Assembly: GCA_951406725.2 (NCBI GenBank)
Contig: OX597833.1
Coordinates: 7,130,001-7,194,000, forward strand
Direction of reading: 5' to 3'
Origin: Octopus vulgaris
Taxonomy: Eukaryota
DNA length: 64,000 nt
Shown: positions 24,586 through 37,170 of the stretch, one piece after another
How the letters are laid out: every line of letters begins with the position of its first letter
Numbering within the stretch: the first letter of the stretch is position 1
Position numbers and translations under genes: made by a program
Notes under the pieces: generated by a model
The model's input: the letters and a program-made list of their open reading frames with translations, nothing else
What the model was told of the DNA's origin: nothing
Database searches by the model: none

Positions 24586-25157
24586 CCATATTCCATGCTG
24601 GCACAGGCTGGGGTGGTTTGACAGGAACTGAATGGTCCAAAACCTGCATCATACTCCAGTGTCTGCTTCGGTATAGTTTCTACAGCTGGATGCTCTTCCT
24701 AATACTAACTTTATATAAGTTCTCAGATCCATACAAGAATCTAAACATAGAACATTAATATAAGAAAAAAATATATATATATTAATTCTAGAGCTTCTTT
24801 TACATATAGCAGTGGACTCCACTTATTGACAGCTAGGTAGACTGGACCATGGAGTGTGATGTTTCCTGCCAGGTGCATAGTAACATAGGTAGATGGTCTA
24901 TAAGCTAAACACTCAGTAGTTCTATCTCACAAAATACTCAGCCTCTTCTTCGGTACTGAGTCTCTCTCTGTTTTCATTGAAGGTTACCTGTCGTTTTTAA
25001 TTTCATTAAAAAAAAAAAAAATTTCAAACAGATATAAATAATATATACATATATTATATATATAGACATTATATATATATCTCATATATGTCCACTGGAC
25101 AAAATTGAGCAATTGAGGTGAAGGATAGTAGAATCATTTGAATTTTTTTTTTTTGAG

Positions 25158-25191
<34 letters not shown>

Positions 25192-25410
25192 GTATCTATA
25201 TATGCATATGTTATCAGAGTTTGGGTCAGTTTCGTGGGCATGAAGGACACATCCATCTCCTCAGATATTCAGAGGCAAGAAACATTATGCCATGCCGTCT
25301 CTGTCAATGGAACTTTAGGCAAAGCCAAACTCAAACTTATTAAATACATATAACCCCAACCAAATGAGTTGAGTGCTACTTCCTTGCAGCTGTTCACACA
25401 CTCATGTGAA

Positions 25411-25447
<37 letters not shown>

Positions 25448-25449
<2 letters not shown>

Positions 25450-25619
25450 GCGCAGGAGTGGCTGTGTGGTAAGTAGCTTGTTTACCAACCACATGGTTCC
25501 GGGTTCAGTCCCACTGCGTGGCACCTTGGGCAAGTGTCTTCTACTATAGCCTCGGGCCGACCAAAGCCTTGTGAGTGGATTTGGTAGACGGAAACTGAAA
25601 GAAGCCCATCGTATATATG

Positions 25620-25650
<31 letters not shown>

Positions 25651-25830
25651 TTGTCCCCCAAGCATTGCTTGACAACCGATGCTGGTGTGTTTATGTCCTC
25701 GGCAAAACAGACCGATAGAATAAGTACTGGGCTTACAAAGAATAAGTGCCGGGGTCGAGTTGCTCGATTAAAGGCGGTGCTCCAGCATGGCCGCAGTCAA
25801 ATGACTGAAACAAACAAAAGAGTAAAGAGT
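25448..25830 (+). mobile_element. SINE family A, full length
   Basis: Runs from ggcgcaggagtggctgtgtggtaag to gaaacaaacaaaagagtaaagag, inserted in (TA)n. Confidence 0.88.
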
Positions 25831-26109
25831 ATATATACAAAATTTAGAGAACCGACCAATAAAAATGGACAGCCTATATGCTAGATATATTTCCCACGAA
25901 GAACATGTTGCATGTGTGTATGTTTCTATATACACACATTTCATCTATATCTGTGTGTGTGTGTATATACAATGTGTACACATCTGAATAGTCTGTATAT
26001 AAATGTGTGTGTGTGTGTGTAAAATGCCTGTCTCTAAACACCCAAACTGAAAATCTGAAGTAGGGACATGGAATTGTGTAGAGAATGTAACAATGCTACC
26101 AAATCTCAC

Positions 26110-27110
26110 CTTTAATGGAGGAATTTTGACAAGTTTTGGCATCGGCCACTTTGCAATTATCAGCATCACCATTATCTTCATCACCGCCAGCAGCAACTTT
26201 AGCCATTTTATTGGGATGCAAGTCTTTTAGCAATTCAGGGCCACACTCCTTTTCCAGTTTCCTTTTTTTGGAAAGGAAACTGGCCAAGGATGGTGAACCA
26301 TTCTCTTTGAGATGAGATTGTGATGCCAATGTTTTGGAATCTGAACACAAAGGCATGTTTTTCTTATCAGAACTAACAGAGTTTGTTACTTTCGAAGAAT
26401 TGGTGATAAGTTTCTTATTGGAACTGAGACTAACAGAGTTAGTCTCTTTGGAAGAATTGGTGGCATTTTTCACTTTTAATTTTGGGGAACCATTCTCTTT
26501 GAGGTGAGATTGTGATGCCAATGTTTTGGAATCTGTACAAAGAGACACATTTTTCTTATCAGGACTAACAGAATTTGCTACTTTTGAAGAATTGGAGGTA
26601 TTTTTCTCTTTTAATTTAGTATTTTCGGATAAAGCTTGTTTCTGCTTAACTTTAGAATTATCAGTTTTCTTGATTGGTTTCACAGAATTAACCGTTTCCT
26701 TCTTCAAAGTCGTTTCAAAAGCTTCCAAATCTTTTAACATTAGTTCTTTTAGAGTCGTTCGAATCCGGTTCGTTACCCCATCTCGTGTTTTAAGATCTCC
26801 ATTCTCTACAATACTAACCCAGTCTTCAAAATAATTCCAAATGTTAAACTGAAGAGGATACAAATCTTTATATTTCAAAGGCACCGGGAATGCCAATTTT
26901 ATAACCAGTTTTGGCAACTTTTTGGAACTCTTCTTTATAGGTTGTGGTGGCTTTGCCACAACTTTGGAACTTTTTTTGGGCTTTGCTTGTGTTGTAAACG
27001 ATGAAGAACTCTTTGAATTAAACTCAAAGTCATCAATATTGAAGTTGAGGCTCTTCTCAGTAAAAAATTCCATTAGTTTTACTCTTGACCGAAATCTTTT
27101 ATTTTCAGGA
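26110..27110 (-). CDS. MBD4: MBD4-like exon 3 (end of the MBD plus a Lys/Ser-rich linker)
   Basis: 1001-nt open exon starting (S)PENKRFRSRVKLMEFF, the C-terminal half of the MBD. Acceptor cacag, donor gtgaga, phase 2-1. Confidence 0.88.
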
Positions 27111-28825
27111 CTGTGAAAGAGAAAAAAAAAATACAGAAACACTATTAAAAACCAGGAAACTAAGATTCATCATCATCATCATTCAACGTCTGCTTTCCAT
27201 GCTGGCATGGGTTGGACAGCTTGACTGAGGATTGGCAAACCAGAAGGCTGCACCAGGGTCCAATATGATCTGGCAAAGTTTCTACAACTGGAGACCCTTC
27301 CTAACGCCAACCACTCTGAGAGTGTAGTGGGTACTTTTACATGCCACTGGTACGAGGGCTAGTCAGGTGGTACTGGCAATGACCATGCTCAAAAGGTGTT
27401 TTTTTATGTGCCACCAGCATGGGAGCCAGTCAGTGGTCCTGGCAACGATCACGCTCGGATGATACTTTTAACGTTCTACTGGCATCGTAGTCGTGGTAGA
27501 TACTGGTGTCACACAAGTGGCACCTGTGCCAGTGACACGTAAAAGCACTCATTACACCCTGTAAAGTGGTTGGCATTAGGAAGGGCATCCAGCTGTAGAA
27601 ACCATGCCAAAGCTAACTGGAGTTTGGTGCATCCCCTCAGCTTACTAGCCCCGGTTAAACCGTCCAACCCATGCCAGCATGGACAACAGACGTTAAATGA
27701 TGATAATGAAATAAAGACTAACTTTGAAAAAGAAAAATATTTATTACTGTAAAATAAAAATTAAACAAGATTCAAACAGAAAATTAAAGACAAATATTCC
27801 GTGTGTTGTTTTTATATTGTGGAAGTTTACGCCCCCACACACACACCCTCCCTCTCTTTCTCTCCTCTTTGTCTCTGCGACTCTTCCTTTCTCATTTATG
27901 TACTCTGTCGAAGTTTTGAGGTGAATGCTTTGCATTAATAGGTCGGATATAAACTACGGCAGATACTGATAATGGGTGCACATTTACACAAATATTAATA
28001 CGTGCACGCATATACAGGAGAGAGAGAGAGAGAGAGAGAGAAAGAAAGTGAAGAGGTTGTACATAGAGAAAACATAAAAAACGACGAAGTTAGCAAGGGA
28101 AATAAATCTTACAAAACAAAATATTCTACAATTTCTGCAAGAGTTATTTCCCTTAGACACACGCACGCACGCGCACACACCAAGTGTTGCCCTGGCATGC
28201 AAGCCTCTCTCTCTCTCGTCATGACACCAGTGTTGTCAGAGGCGATGCTGCAAGAACTCAAAGAGCTAAAATAGATACCACAGGTTCTTATTCCGTACCA
28301 TTTCGTGAGATGGAAGCACCAAAATGAAGAGAAAAATCCAGTAAATGGAGACAAAGACCCAATAAATTTACCTGCTTTTGTATTTCCCTTCTCCGCTAAT
28401 CCCTTAACCTAAACATTATCATCTTTGTTCAGACTATATAATCCGTATTTCATTGATAGTGTGGCCATAACTTTATAGATTCCTCCAGTTATGAATAACC
28501 AAAATTCTTCATTAATCTGTAAGTGATGATGAAGAGAACAAGACATTCTCTATCAGGAACCCTATCCTGAAAGCTTGCAACAGAATGAACCCCACAAAGG
28601 GTACCCATAGGTATGTGTAGAGGGCTGAAGCAGGCAACAGATTTAGTCTTTCACCCAGGAAGGCCATGCCTGGCTTTCAACTCAGAACACAAAGACATGG
28701 AACATATACCATATTGTATCCAAGGCAACGTTTTTAGTTCCACCATTCCACATCTCTTGATTGGTACTTCAAATGAACCTAAGGATAAACAACAAGGGAA
28801 ACAGAAAAGGTAATTAGTGGCTTAC

Positions 28826-28945
28826 CTGTAAAAGTAAACATCAAACTTTCCGGCGCTTTTTCCATTTGTTCTTTGGACAACACATCGTCTCCATCCAGCA
28901 GGTAGGTTGCGGGTACTGATGGGGTAGTTCTTGTTTTCTGTACCA
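28826..28945 (-). CDS. MBD4: MBD4-like exon 2 (N-terminal half of the MBD)
   Basis: [40 protein letters not shown], matching the MBD motif LP.GW.R...QR..G..AGK.DVY. Donor gtaagc. Confidence 0.93.
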
Positions 28946-30382
28946 CTGTAACAACAAAAGACAGACGTGTGTCATCACAAACAACCAACAGAATACAGTT
29001 ATATTGATATTTGATATGGGCGTGGCTGTGTGGTAAGAAGCTTGCTTCCCAACCACATGGTTCTGGGTTCAGTCCCACCTTGGGCAAGTGTCTTCTTTAA
29101 CCTCAGGCCAACTAAAGCCTTGTGAGTGAATTTTGCAAACAAACTGAAACGAGCCCATCGTGTGTGTGTGTGTTTGTTTCCTCCTACTATCGTGTAACAA
29201 CTGATGTCAAGGAGTTTATGTCCCACTAACTTTTGACAAAAGACACCAATAGAATAAGCACTAGACTTTCAAAGAATAAGTCCTGGGGACAATTTCTTCA
29301 ACTAAAATCCTTTAGTAAAAGAATGAAAAAAATACAAACACACATGCAAGCTCAAGGTCTCAAGTTCAGTCCCATTGTGCAGCACCTAGGGAAAATATCT
29401 TCTGTTATAGACCCAGGCTGTCTAACGCCTTGTGAGTGAATTTAGTAGATGGAAACTGTGGGGAAGCCCATCATGTGTGTGTGTGTGTTTTTATGTCTAT
29501 CACCAGCATCAGTTTTTTTGGGGGGTGGGGGTTATGTCCCCATAACTTAACAGTTCAATAAAAGAGACCAATAAAATAAGTACTGGGGTGAATTTATTCA
29601 TGGCAGTGCCCCAGCATGGCCACAGTCCAATGCCTGAAAGAAGTAAAAGCTAAAAGATATACATATACCATGGTCAGTTCATTTTCCAACCCATGCAGCT
29701 TGAGTTCAAGCCCACTCCTTGGACTTTTGAACAACGAATGCTTGGTACTTTGGCCTCGGGTTGACCAGTGCATTGTGAGTGAAGTTTTGTAAATGGAAAC
29801 TGAAAGGAAGCCCATCGCAAGGACCACTTAAGCAATGGTGATGTTTGTGTTCTGCATGAATGACTCAGTGCGGAATAAAGTTTTAGGTTTTATCTTTGAC
29901 TTGTTGCAGTCATTAAACTGTGGCCATGCTGGGGCACCACCTCGTGAAATCTTTAGTTGAATGACTCGACCCCACCACCACCCCTACTCATTCCTTTATT
30001 TATTCTTTTGGTCTCTTTTGCTGAATCCCTATTATGAAAAAAAAAGGTACCAGGAAAAGCATCACATATACCCAGACATATTCACACATGAGTGCAGGCA
30101 TGGGTCTAGAGTTAAGGAATTTTCACCCCAGTTGCAGGGTCCCAGGTTCAGTCCCACTGGTGCTGTTTATTTACAATATTCCATGAACACCTGTTTGGCC
30201 ATTGAGCTTTTCATGTTTAAAGAACTAGGGGAAAATATTTCTTTTCTTGGAAACAGAAGAGGGGTTGGCAACATTGTTCTTCATCCGATCCACGGAAGCA
30301 CAGGAAAGGAGATGTCAAAGTAAATATGGGAATATATCGGGAATTCAGAGAAGTCATTTCTCATACTCTCTTTTTCTTTTTC

Positions 30383-30578
30383 TCTCTTTTTACTTGTTTC
30401 AGTCATTTGACTGCGGCCATGCTGGAGCACCGCGTTTAATCAAGCAACTCGACCCCGGGACTTATTCTTTTTGTAAGCCCAGTACTTATTCTATCGGTCT
30501 CTTTTGCCGAACCGCTAAGTAATGGGGACATAAACACACCAGCATCGGTTGTCAAGCAATGCTAGGGGACAAACACAG

Positions 30579-30631
<53 letters not shown>

Positions 30632-30804
30632 CATATATACGACGGGCTTCTTTCAGTTTCCGTCTACCAAATCCACTCACAAGGCTTTGGTCGGCCCGAG
30701 GCTATAGTAGAGGACACTTGCCCAAGGTGCCACGCAGTGGGACTGGACCCAGAACCATGTGGTTGGTTAGCAAGCTATTTACCACTCAGCCACTCCTGCG
30801 CCTA
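30383..30804 (-). mobile_element. SINE family A, full length
   Basis: Reverse-complement match to 25448-25830. Confidence 0.88.
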
Positions 30805-32185
30805 TAGAAAGATCAACCAACATTAATGTTTTGAAATAAACATGAGATATTCTATGGTGTGACATCGCAGGCAATTGGAACTGTAAGAATTGATTTCCAA
30901 CACCATCACCTCAACATCCTTACCATCATTTCTACCACCACCACCACCACCACCCACATCACTTGTTGGCAACTATGTCTTAATGTCAACTTTTTCCAGA
31001 CTACAAATGGATTGGACAAAAAAAAAAAAGAATTACAAGTGATAATTAGCTTAATTCTAGCTATTAATGAATTATTGATGGTTTTATATATATGTGTGTG
31101 TGGCTAAAGGACATGGCTATGAAAAAAGACGGTACCAAGAGACAGCTGCAATAAGAGAGAGAGGATGGAGAGCAGGGTGGGTGGGTGAGATGCCCATTTC
31201 TTTCTAGCAACTCGGAACCATCTCATCCATTAGCCATTCTATCTCCATTAATATTTTCTCCCCCTCTCCCTGCATTGAACCACCAATTATCTCTCCTCAT
31301 ACACTACACCCCCCCTTCTCCCCACCCCACCAACCACATGTCACACCCCACCCTCTCTCTCTCATGTCCTCCTCCTGTCAACTAGGTCCTCATTCTGATC
31401 CTGCAACTGTCTCTTTCACATCCCTCTACCTGCACCGACTTACGCATCACTGGTCAGTTCCACCCCTTTTCCACCCTTTAACCCCACTCATCTTTACAGT
31501 TTTTGCCTACCACTCATTCCCTATCCCACTTCCCCAACTCTTGCTTGCCCTATATATTCTCGCAAGCCCAAACCCATCTATATCCCTAATTCCTCATTTC
31601 CCATTTATTTCTACTCAATCTCTACCTTCAGGGGCCACCCAGACACCTTGTCACCTCTAGCCGTTTCCAGCCTCACCCAATCCTTCTCACCTCCCCCTCT
31701 TCTAAATGTAAATACCTCCTCTTACTACAGCCATCTGCTCTGCTCTTTTCTCTCATAAATTAACCCCTCGTCTCAATGGCATGCAAAAGCACCCAGAACC
31801 CTCTGTTAAGTGGTTGATGTCAGGAAGGGTATCAAGCTGTAGAAACCGCATCAAAGTATATGTCGGAGCAGGACACAGTCGTTGGACCCATCAGATCCAG
31901 TCAAACTGTCCAACCCATGATGCCAGCAGGGAACACAGACATTAAACTATATATATATATACATACATGTACAATGTACATTTTTATTATTATTTTGCAA
32001 TTTACTTAATCATCAGTATATTATTGTTATTTTATTTTTTATATTTCTATTATATGTAATTTTCTAGATGGTGTAATTTAATTGTTCATTTTGAATTGAT
32101 AAAAGGTGTTTTTTTCTTATATATATATATATATATATATATTTTTCTCTCTCCTTGTTTCTTTCTTGTGTTTCTTTTCTGTGTA

Positions 32186-32223
32186 TCTTTCTGTTGAAGA
32201 GCGTAGGCTCGAAACGTAAAAGA
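32186..32223 (+). ncRNA. Hammerhead-like motif with variant core CUGUUGA
   Basis: ucuuu CUGUUGA a gagc-guag-gcuc GAAA cg UA aaaga. Stem I is a perfect 5 bp, stem II is 4 bp, and stem III is only the palindrome ACGU. The element (~32140-32320) is flanked by (TA)n. Confidence 0.65.
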
Positions 32224-32320
32224 CTTGTTTTATTTATATTCCTGAGCGCCATACTAATACAATTGTTTGTTTGTATTCCACCTGCCTTCGTCTTTTGTTT
32301 ATTTTCATAAAGCTTCCCGT

Positions 32321-32351
<31 letters not shown>

Positions 32352-32562
32352 ATCTTTTACTTGTTTCGGTCATCAGGCTGTGGTCATGCTGGGGCACCAC
32401 CTTCACCACTATCGTTCATAACATTTATCCCCAATATACACCTGCCTACCTCCAACCCCTGCTCATCTCCATCCCTTACTCTCCTCTCTTCCTACCTTAC
32501 CCCACCCCACAGTCTCCAAGCCCTTTCTCTTGGACATACCATCCAGAGGATATGTTCTAGGA

Positions 32563-32709
32563 CAGTGGTTCCCAACAGTAGTTCCCACCCCTTTTATTTA
32601 AATGAGTTTTTCCATGGACCCCTTTTAATATGCTTATGTATACACATAAAATTTTGAGTTTAGTTCATGGACCCCCAGGGGTCCACGGACGCCTGATTGG
32701 GAACCACTG
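32563..32709. mobile_element. hAT-type MITE (147 bp)
   Basis: TIRs CAGTGGTTCCCAA / TTGGGAACCACTG and a perfect 8-bp TSD TTCTAGGA (32555-32562, 32710-32717). Confidence 0.9.
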
Positions 32710-35700
32710 TTCTAGGACCACATCTCCACCATATTTACCTTTCTTACCGGCACCACTCCACCCATATTAAATGCAAGGTAACCATGAAACTCCCCCACAG
32801 CAACAAACCTTTTCCCCATTATACTTTAAACTCTCAGATTCTCACATAAAAGCAACCACTCAACCTGCTATTCCGTCCTTCAGTTAAGGAACCTCTTTAG
32901 ACAACCTAACCTCACCAGTGTTAGTGCCAAGCAGCCAGTACTTTCTGTAAAGTAGTTAGGGGCTAGAAAGGGGAGATAATTTTGAAACTGAGACAGTGGA
33001 GCAGGAAACGGATTTCTGTTGAATCATGCACCTTGTACCGTGGCAGCAGAGAAAACGGATGTAAAAATAAAAGACAATATATGCCAGAATGTATAACACA
33101 CACACTTAGTACAGAGCCATTTCTAGGATGGATATATATTATATATAAACACACATAAAGAACATTTATATAAGTAGCTATATCCTGGTAGTAGTATAAT
33201 TGACGGCGCAGCATGACGTGTCCATATAATAGTGTTTGCATGCCTTGGTTCTGGCTAAAGATACAACTACATAAAACAAAATTCCACAAAGGGAAGTAAC
33301 TCAAAGATGCCCATAGTATGAAATGAAAGAAATCAAGTATGGATACCCATAAACAGTGACTAACACACGCATACACGCAGAAACTATTAAAGATTCAAAA
33401 TTCTCATTTCAATCAAAGAATACCAAAACAAAGAAGCATTCATTTGTGACTCACAAAAGAAAAACAGGGAAACAATGAAAGGAATTTCATTCTGATGCTT
33501 AATGAGGAAATTGTGTCATCGCTAATAAGGGTGCTGACAGCAATTGAGCATCAACCTGGTTGGCTCAGTTGGGGCTGACCCAGGGCTAAACAGCAATACT
33601 TTTTTTTTATAAAACTTTTATCTTTTTACTTGTTTCAGTCATTAGATTGCAGCCATGCTGGAGCACCACCTTGAAAAATTGAATGGATTGACCACTGAAC
33701 TTATGTTTTTTTAAAAGCCTGGTACTTTTACCAAGCTGCTAAGCGACAGGGATGTAAACACACCAACACCAGTTGTCAAGTGCAGGTGGAGAACACACAC
33801 ACACATATATATATATATATCACGTGATCACCATGACTAACCAGACCATCAGATGTTGCTACACATCGCTGGTCACAATGCGCTTTGCATTGTTTTAGCT
33901 AAGCAAGCAGGCCAACAGAAGAAAGAGTGGGAGAAAGTAGCGGCGAAAGAGTACAGCAGGGATCACCACCACCCCCTGCCGGAGCCTCGTGGGGCTTTAG
34001 GTGTTTTCGCTCAATAAACACTCACAATGCCCGGTCTGGGAATCGAAACTGCGATCCTACAACTATGAGTCCGCTGCCCTAACCACTGGGCCATTGCGCC
34101 TCCACACACACATATATATATGTACGACAGGCTTCTTTCAGTTTCAGTCTACCAATCCACTCACAAGGCTTTTGGTTGACCTGAGGCTATAGCAGAAGAC
34201 ACTTGCCCAAGGTGCCACACAATGGGGCTGAACCCAAAACGAAGTGGTTGGGAAGCAAACTCCTTACCACACAGCCACGCCTGCACCTATGTGTGCTGAT
34301 GTAGATTGTCAATGATGATGAAGAAGAGGATGGGAGGGAGGGAGAAGTGAAAATGCCTTCCTTTCTAATATAATTGTTGTTGTTGCCGTTGTAGTGAAAG
34401 GACACAATAATTACAAGACAGAATAGCTACACACACACACACACACACACACGGTTATACAATGATATATATATATATATATATTATAGCACTAACATAT
34501 ACACATGCAATCACACACACACACTACACAATGACAAGTACAAAAGGACACACACATAAAATGACATGTACAACAAGCGCATACACACAGATACATACAC
34601 ACACACACACATACAATGACATACACACATGTACACAAAGATAAACACAGATATATAATGATGCACACACACGCACACACACACACACACACAGAAACTA
34701 CAGCAGAGAGACTAAAAGTCTCAGAATGACATCATCTCACTTCGGCTGATATTGGCAACTTAATGTTGTTGTTGTTGCAACCGTCACCACCACCACCACC
34801 ACCACTGCTACTACTACTATTGTATTAGTCATATGACTAATTCCACACACACACACAAATTATCAGAAAATGAAATTGCCTTCTCACAAATTACTATTCT
34901 AATGCCTTTTAGACTGTGGCCATGCTGGGGCAATTCCCTTTCAGGGTGTTGGCCAAACAGACTGACCATAGAGTATACTTCTTTTTTTTTTTTTTTAAAT
35001 CAGGAACTCCTTTACTGGACTGCTAAGTCATAAGGGATGTAATGAAACCAACACAGATATTGTATTTATTGTGGTTGCTGTTTAACCCTGGGTAAGACTT
35101 GGTAAAGCAGACTTGTAATCAACCACCTTATTTTGTCTGTTGCTATTTAACCCAGAGTCGGACCTAATAAGGCAAATCTATGATCAACAATAATACCTTG
35201 TTATTGTTTAGCCTCAGTTTCCAGCCATGGCAATCCCAACTTATTATTTTTTTTATTCAAACACAATACATCTAAGGCACTGGGTCCCTAACCATTCCAC
35301 CGCCCCGTTTTTCAACTGAAATTAATTTTCCCACAGACCCCAGTTTTTGAAAGTTCTGTCTTCTCAAAAAAAAAAACTGATTACATTAACAACTGACAAA
35401 CTCGTTTGCCCAGTTACATCTCAATTAAAAATTAGAAATAACCCAATAATTAGGCATGTGTGTAATGGAATAATAATTATCTATGTGACAGAGTAATTAA
35501 TTAATTATCCATTTTATAGGGCACCTCTTTTAAAATTTTGAACATAGCTCATGGTCTCCACCCAGTATTCCCTTTGGGGAATTCCAGATAGAGAACAGTT
35601 TATCTAGGACTACATTATTCAATGTAACCTTTTTATTTTCTCCTTTGGTTGGATGGATTTATTTGAAGAAATAGCAAAAACGAAGTGGAGGTGGTCACGT

Positions 35701-36837
35701 CAGCTTCAATAGGAGAATAGGATAAGAGAATGGTAAATGGATGAGAAGAACAATGGAATGGATTCCACGAAAGGAACTGAGAAAGGAGGAGGGGGAGGAG
35801 ATGGAGGAATGACACTGAAGAACATGTTAAGGTGATGAAGTAAGACAGGAAACTGGTTTGGACCAGAATGGCAATGGACAGGAAGTGAAAGAGGAATATG
35901 GTGAACAGCCACCATCATCATTCTAAAGTCTCCCTTCCAAACTTTTCACGGGTCAGAGGAGACGTTGGAGCAGGGTTGTCTATGGTTGGATACCTGGGCT
36001 GACAGCAACCTACATCTTTTTCCAAGCAATGTAATAATATATCAAAGATTTAACGACCCAGATAGAATTATATGGAGAAATGGAAAGAAACAACACTGAC
36101 TGAATGGGCCTTTTTCTTTTTGTCTTTTTCTGTAGTTGTTTTTGTTTTCCTAGACAAATCACACACAATATGTGAAGACACCCCTACAGGCTTTTACAGT
36201 GGACTTTAAGAAATTGACACCATCAGGAGTTGAGAGAGAATTTGTTGTTTGCAATCAATGAACACACATAAAGAGCAAGGGAAATATGAACGAACTCATA
36301 CATATATATATCTGGCCCCCGTGCCGGTGGCACGTAAAAGCTCCATCCGTTCGTAGCCGTTGCCAGCCATGCCTGGCCCCCGTGCCGGTGGCACGTAAAA
36401 AGCACCATCCGTCCGTGGCCGTTTTCCAGCTCCATCTGGCACCTGTGCCGGTGGCACATAAAAAGCACCCACTACACTCACGGAGTGGTTGGCGTTAGGA
36501 AGGGCATCCAGCCATAGAAACACTGCCAGATCAGACTGGGCCTGGTGCAGCCTTCTGGCTTCACAGACCCCAGTTGAACCATCCAACCCATGCTAGCATG
36601 GAAAACGGATGCCGCTAAATGATGATGATGATATATATATATATATCATCTCCATGCTTGCAGGAGTGAGACCAGATTTTTTTGAGGTAGATTTTCTATA
36701 ACTGGATACTCTTCCAGTCACCAAGCCTTACCTGTTTCCAAGCAACGTAATATCCCCATGCCCCTGGCCAAACATGTTTTCACAGAGGACTGGAGACAAA
36801 CAATATTGCTTGCCTGAGAATGATGCTCAGCTACAAC

Positions 36838-37170
36838 CATCATCATCATCATCCAGTATTTTTTAAATCCAGGTTTTGTCCCCATTAACAAGAGTGGCTG
36901 GATATACCTCAATGCCATAGCATCATCCCTTCTCAAGCCAACCCTCCCAATCTCCTCCGCAACCTGTCCCCTCCACATTTTCCTCGGTCTACCTCGCTTT
37001 CGCTGTCCATTTTACCTCAACTCTAGCATCCTCTTCAGAACATGCTCCTCACCCCTCCTCAACACATGTCCATACCACCACACTCCATTCACCCTTACCA
37101 GCCATTCCACCAATCCCTCCACCAACCCCATCAAGTCCTCAGCCCTCTTCTTATCAAACATCAAAATGCC
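36838..37170 (-). mobile_element. Degenerate RTE-type LINE 3' fragment
   Basis: WYGHVLRR...VLKRMLEL...GQRKRGRPRKMW motifs and a (GAT)n tail. Confidence 0.65.

Noticed and set aside
25211-25270. CUGAGGA-stem-GAAA on the minus strand
   Set aside because: Stem III, the cleavage triplet and stem I are not convincing; at best a relic.
25448-25520. tRNA genes
   Set aside because: All tRNA-like segments are SINE heads followed by SINE bodies and lack a complete cloverleaf.
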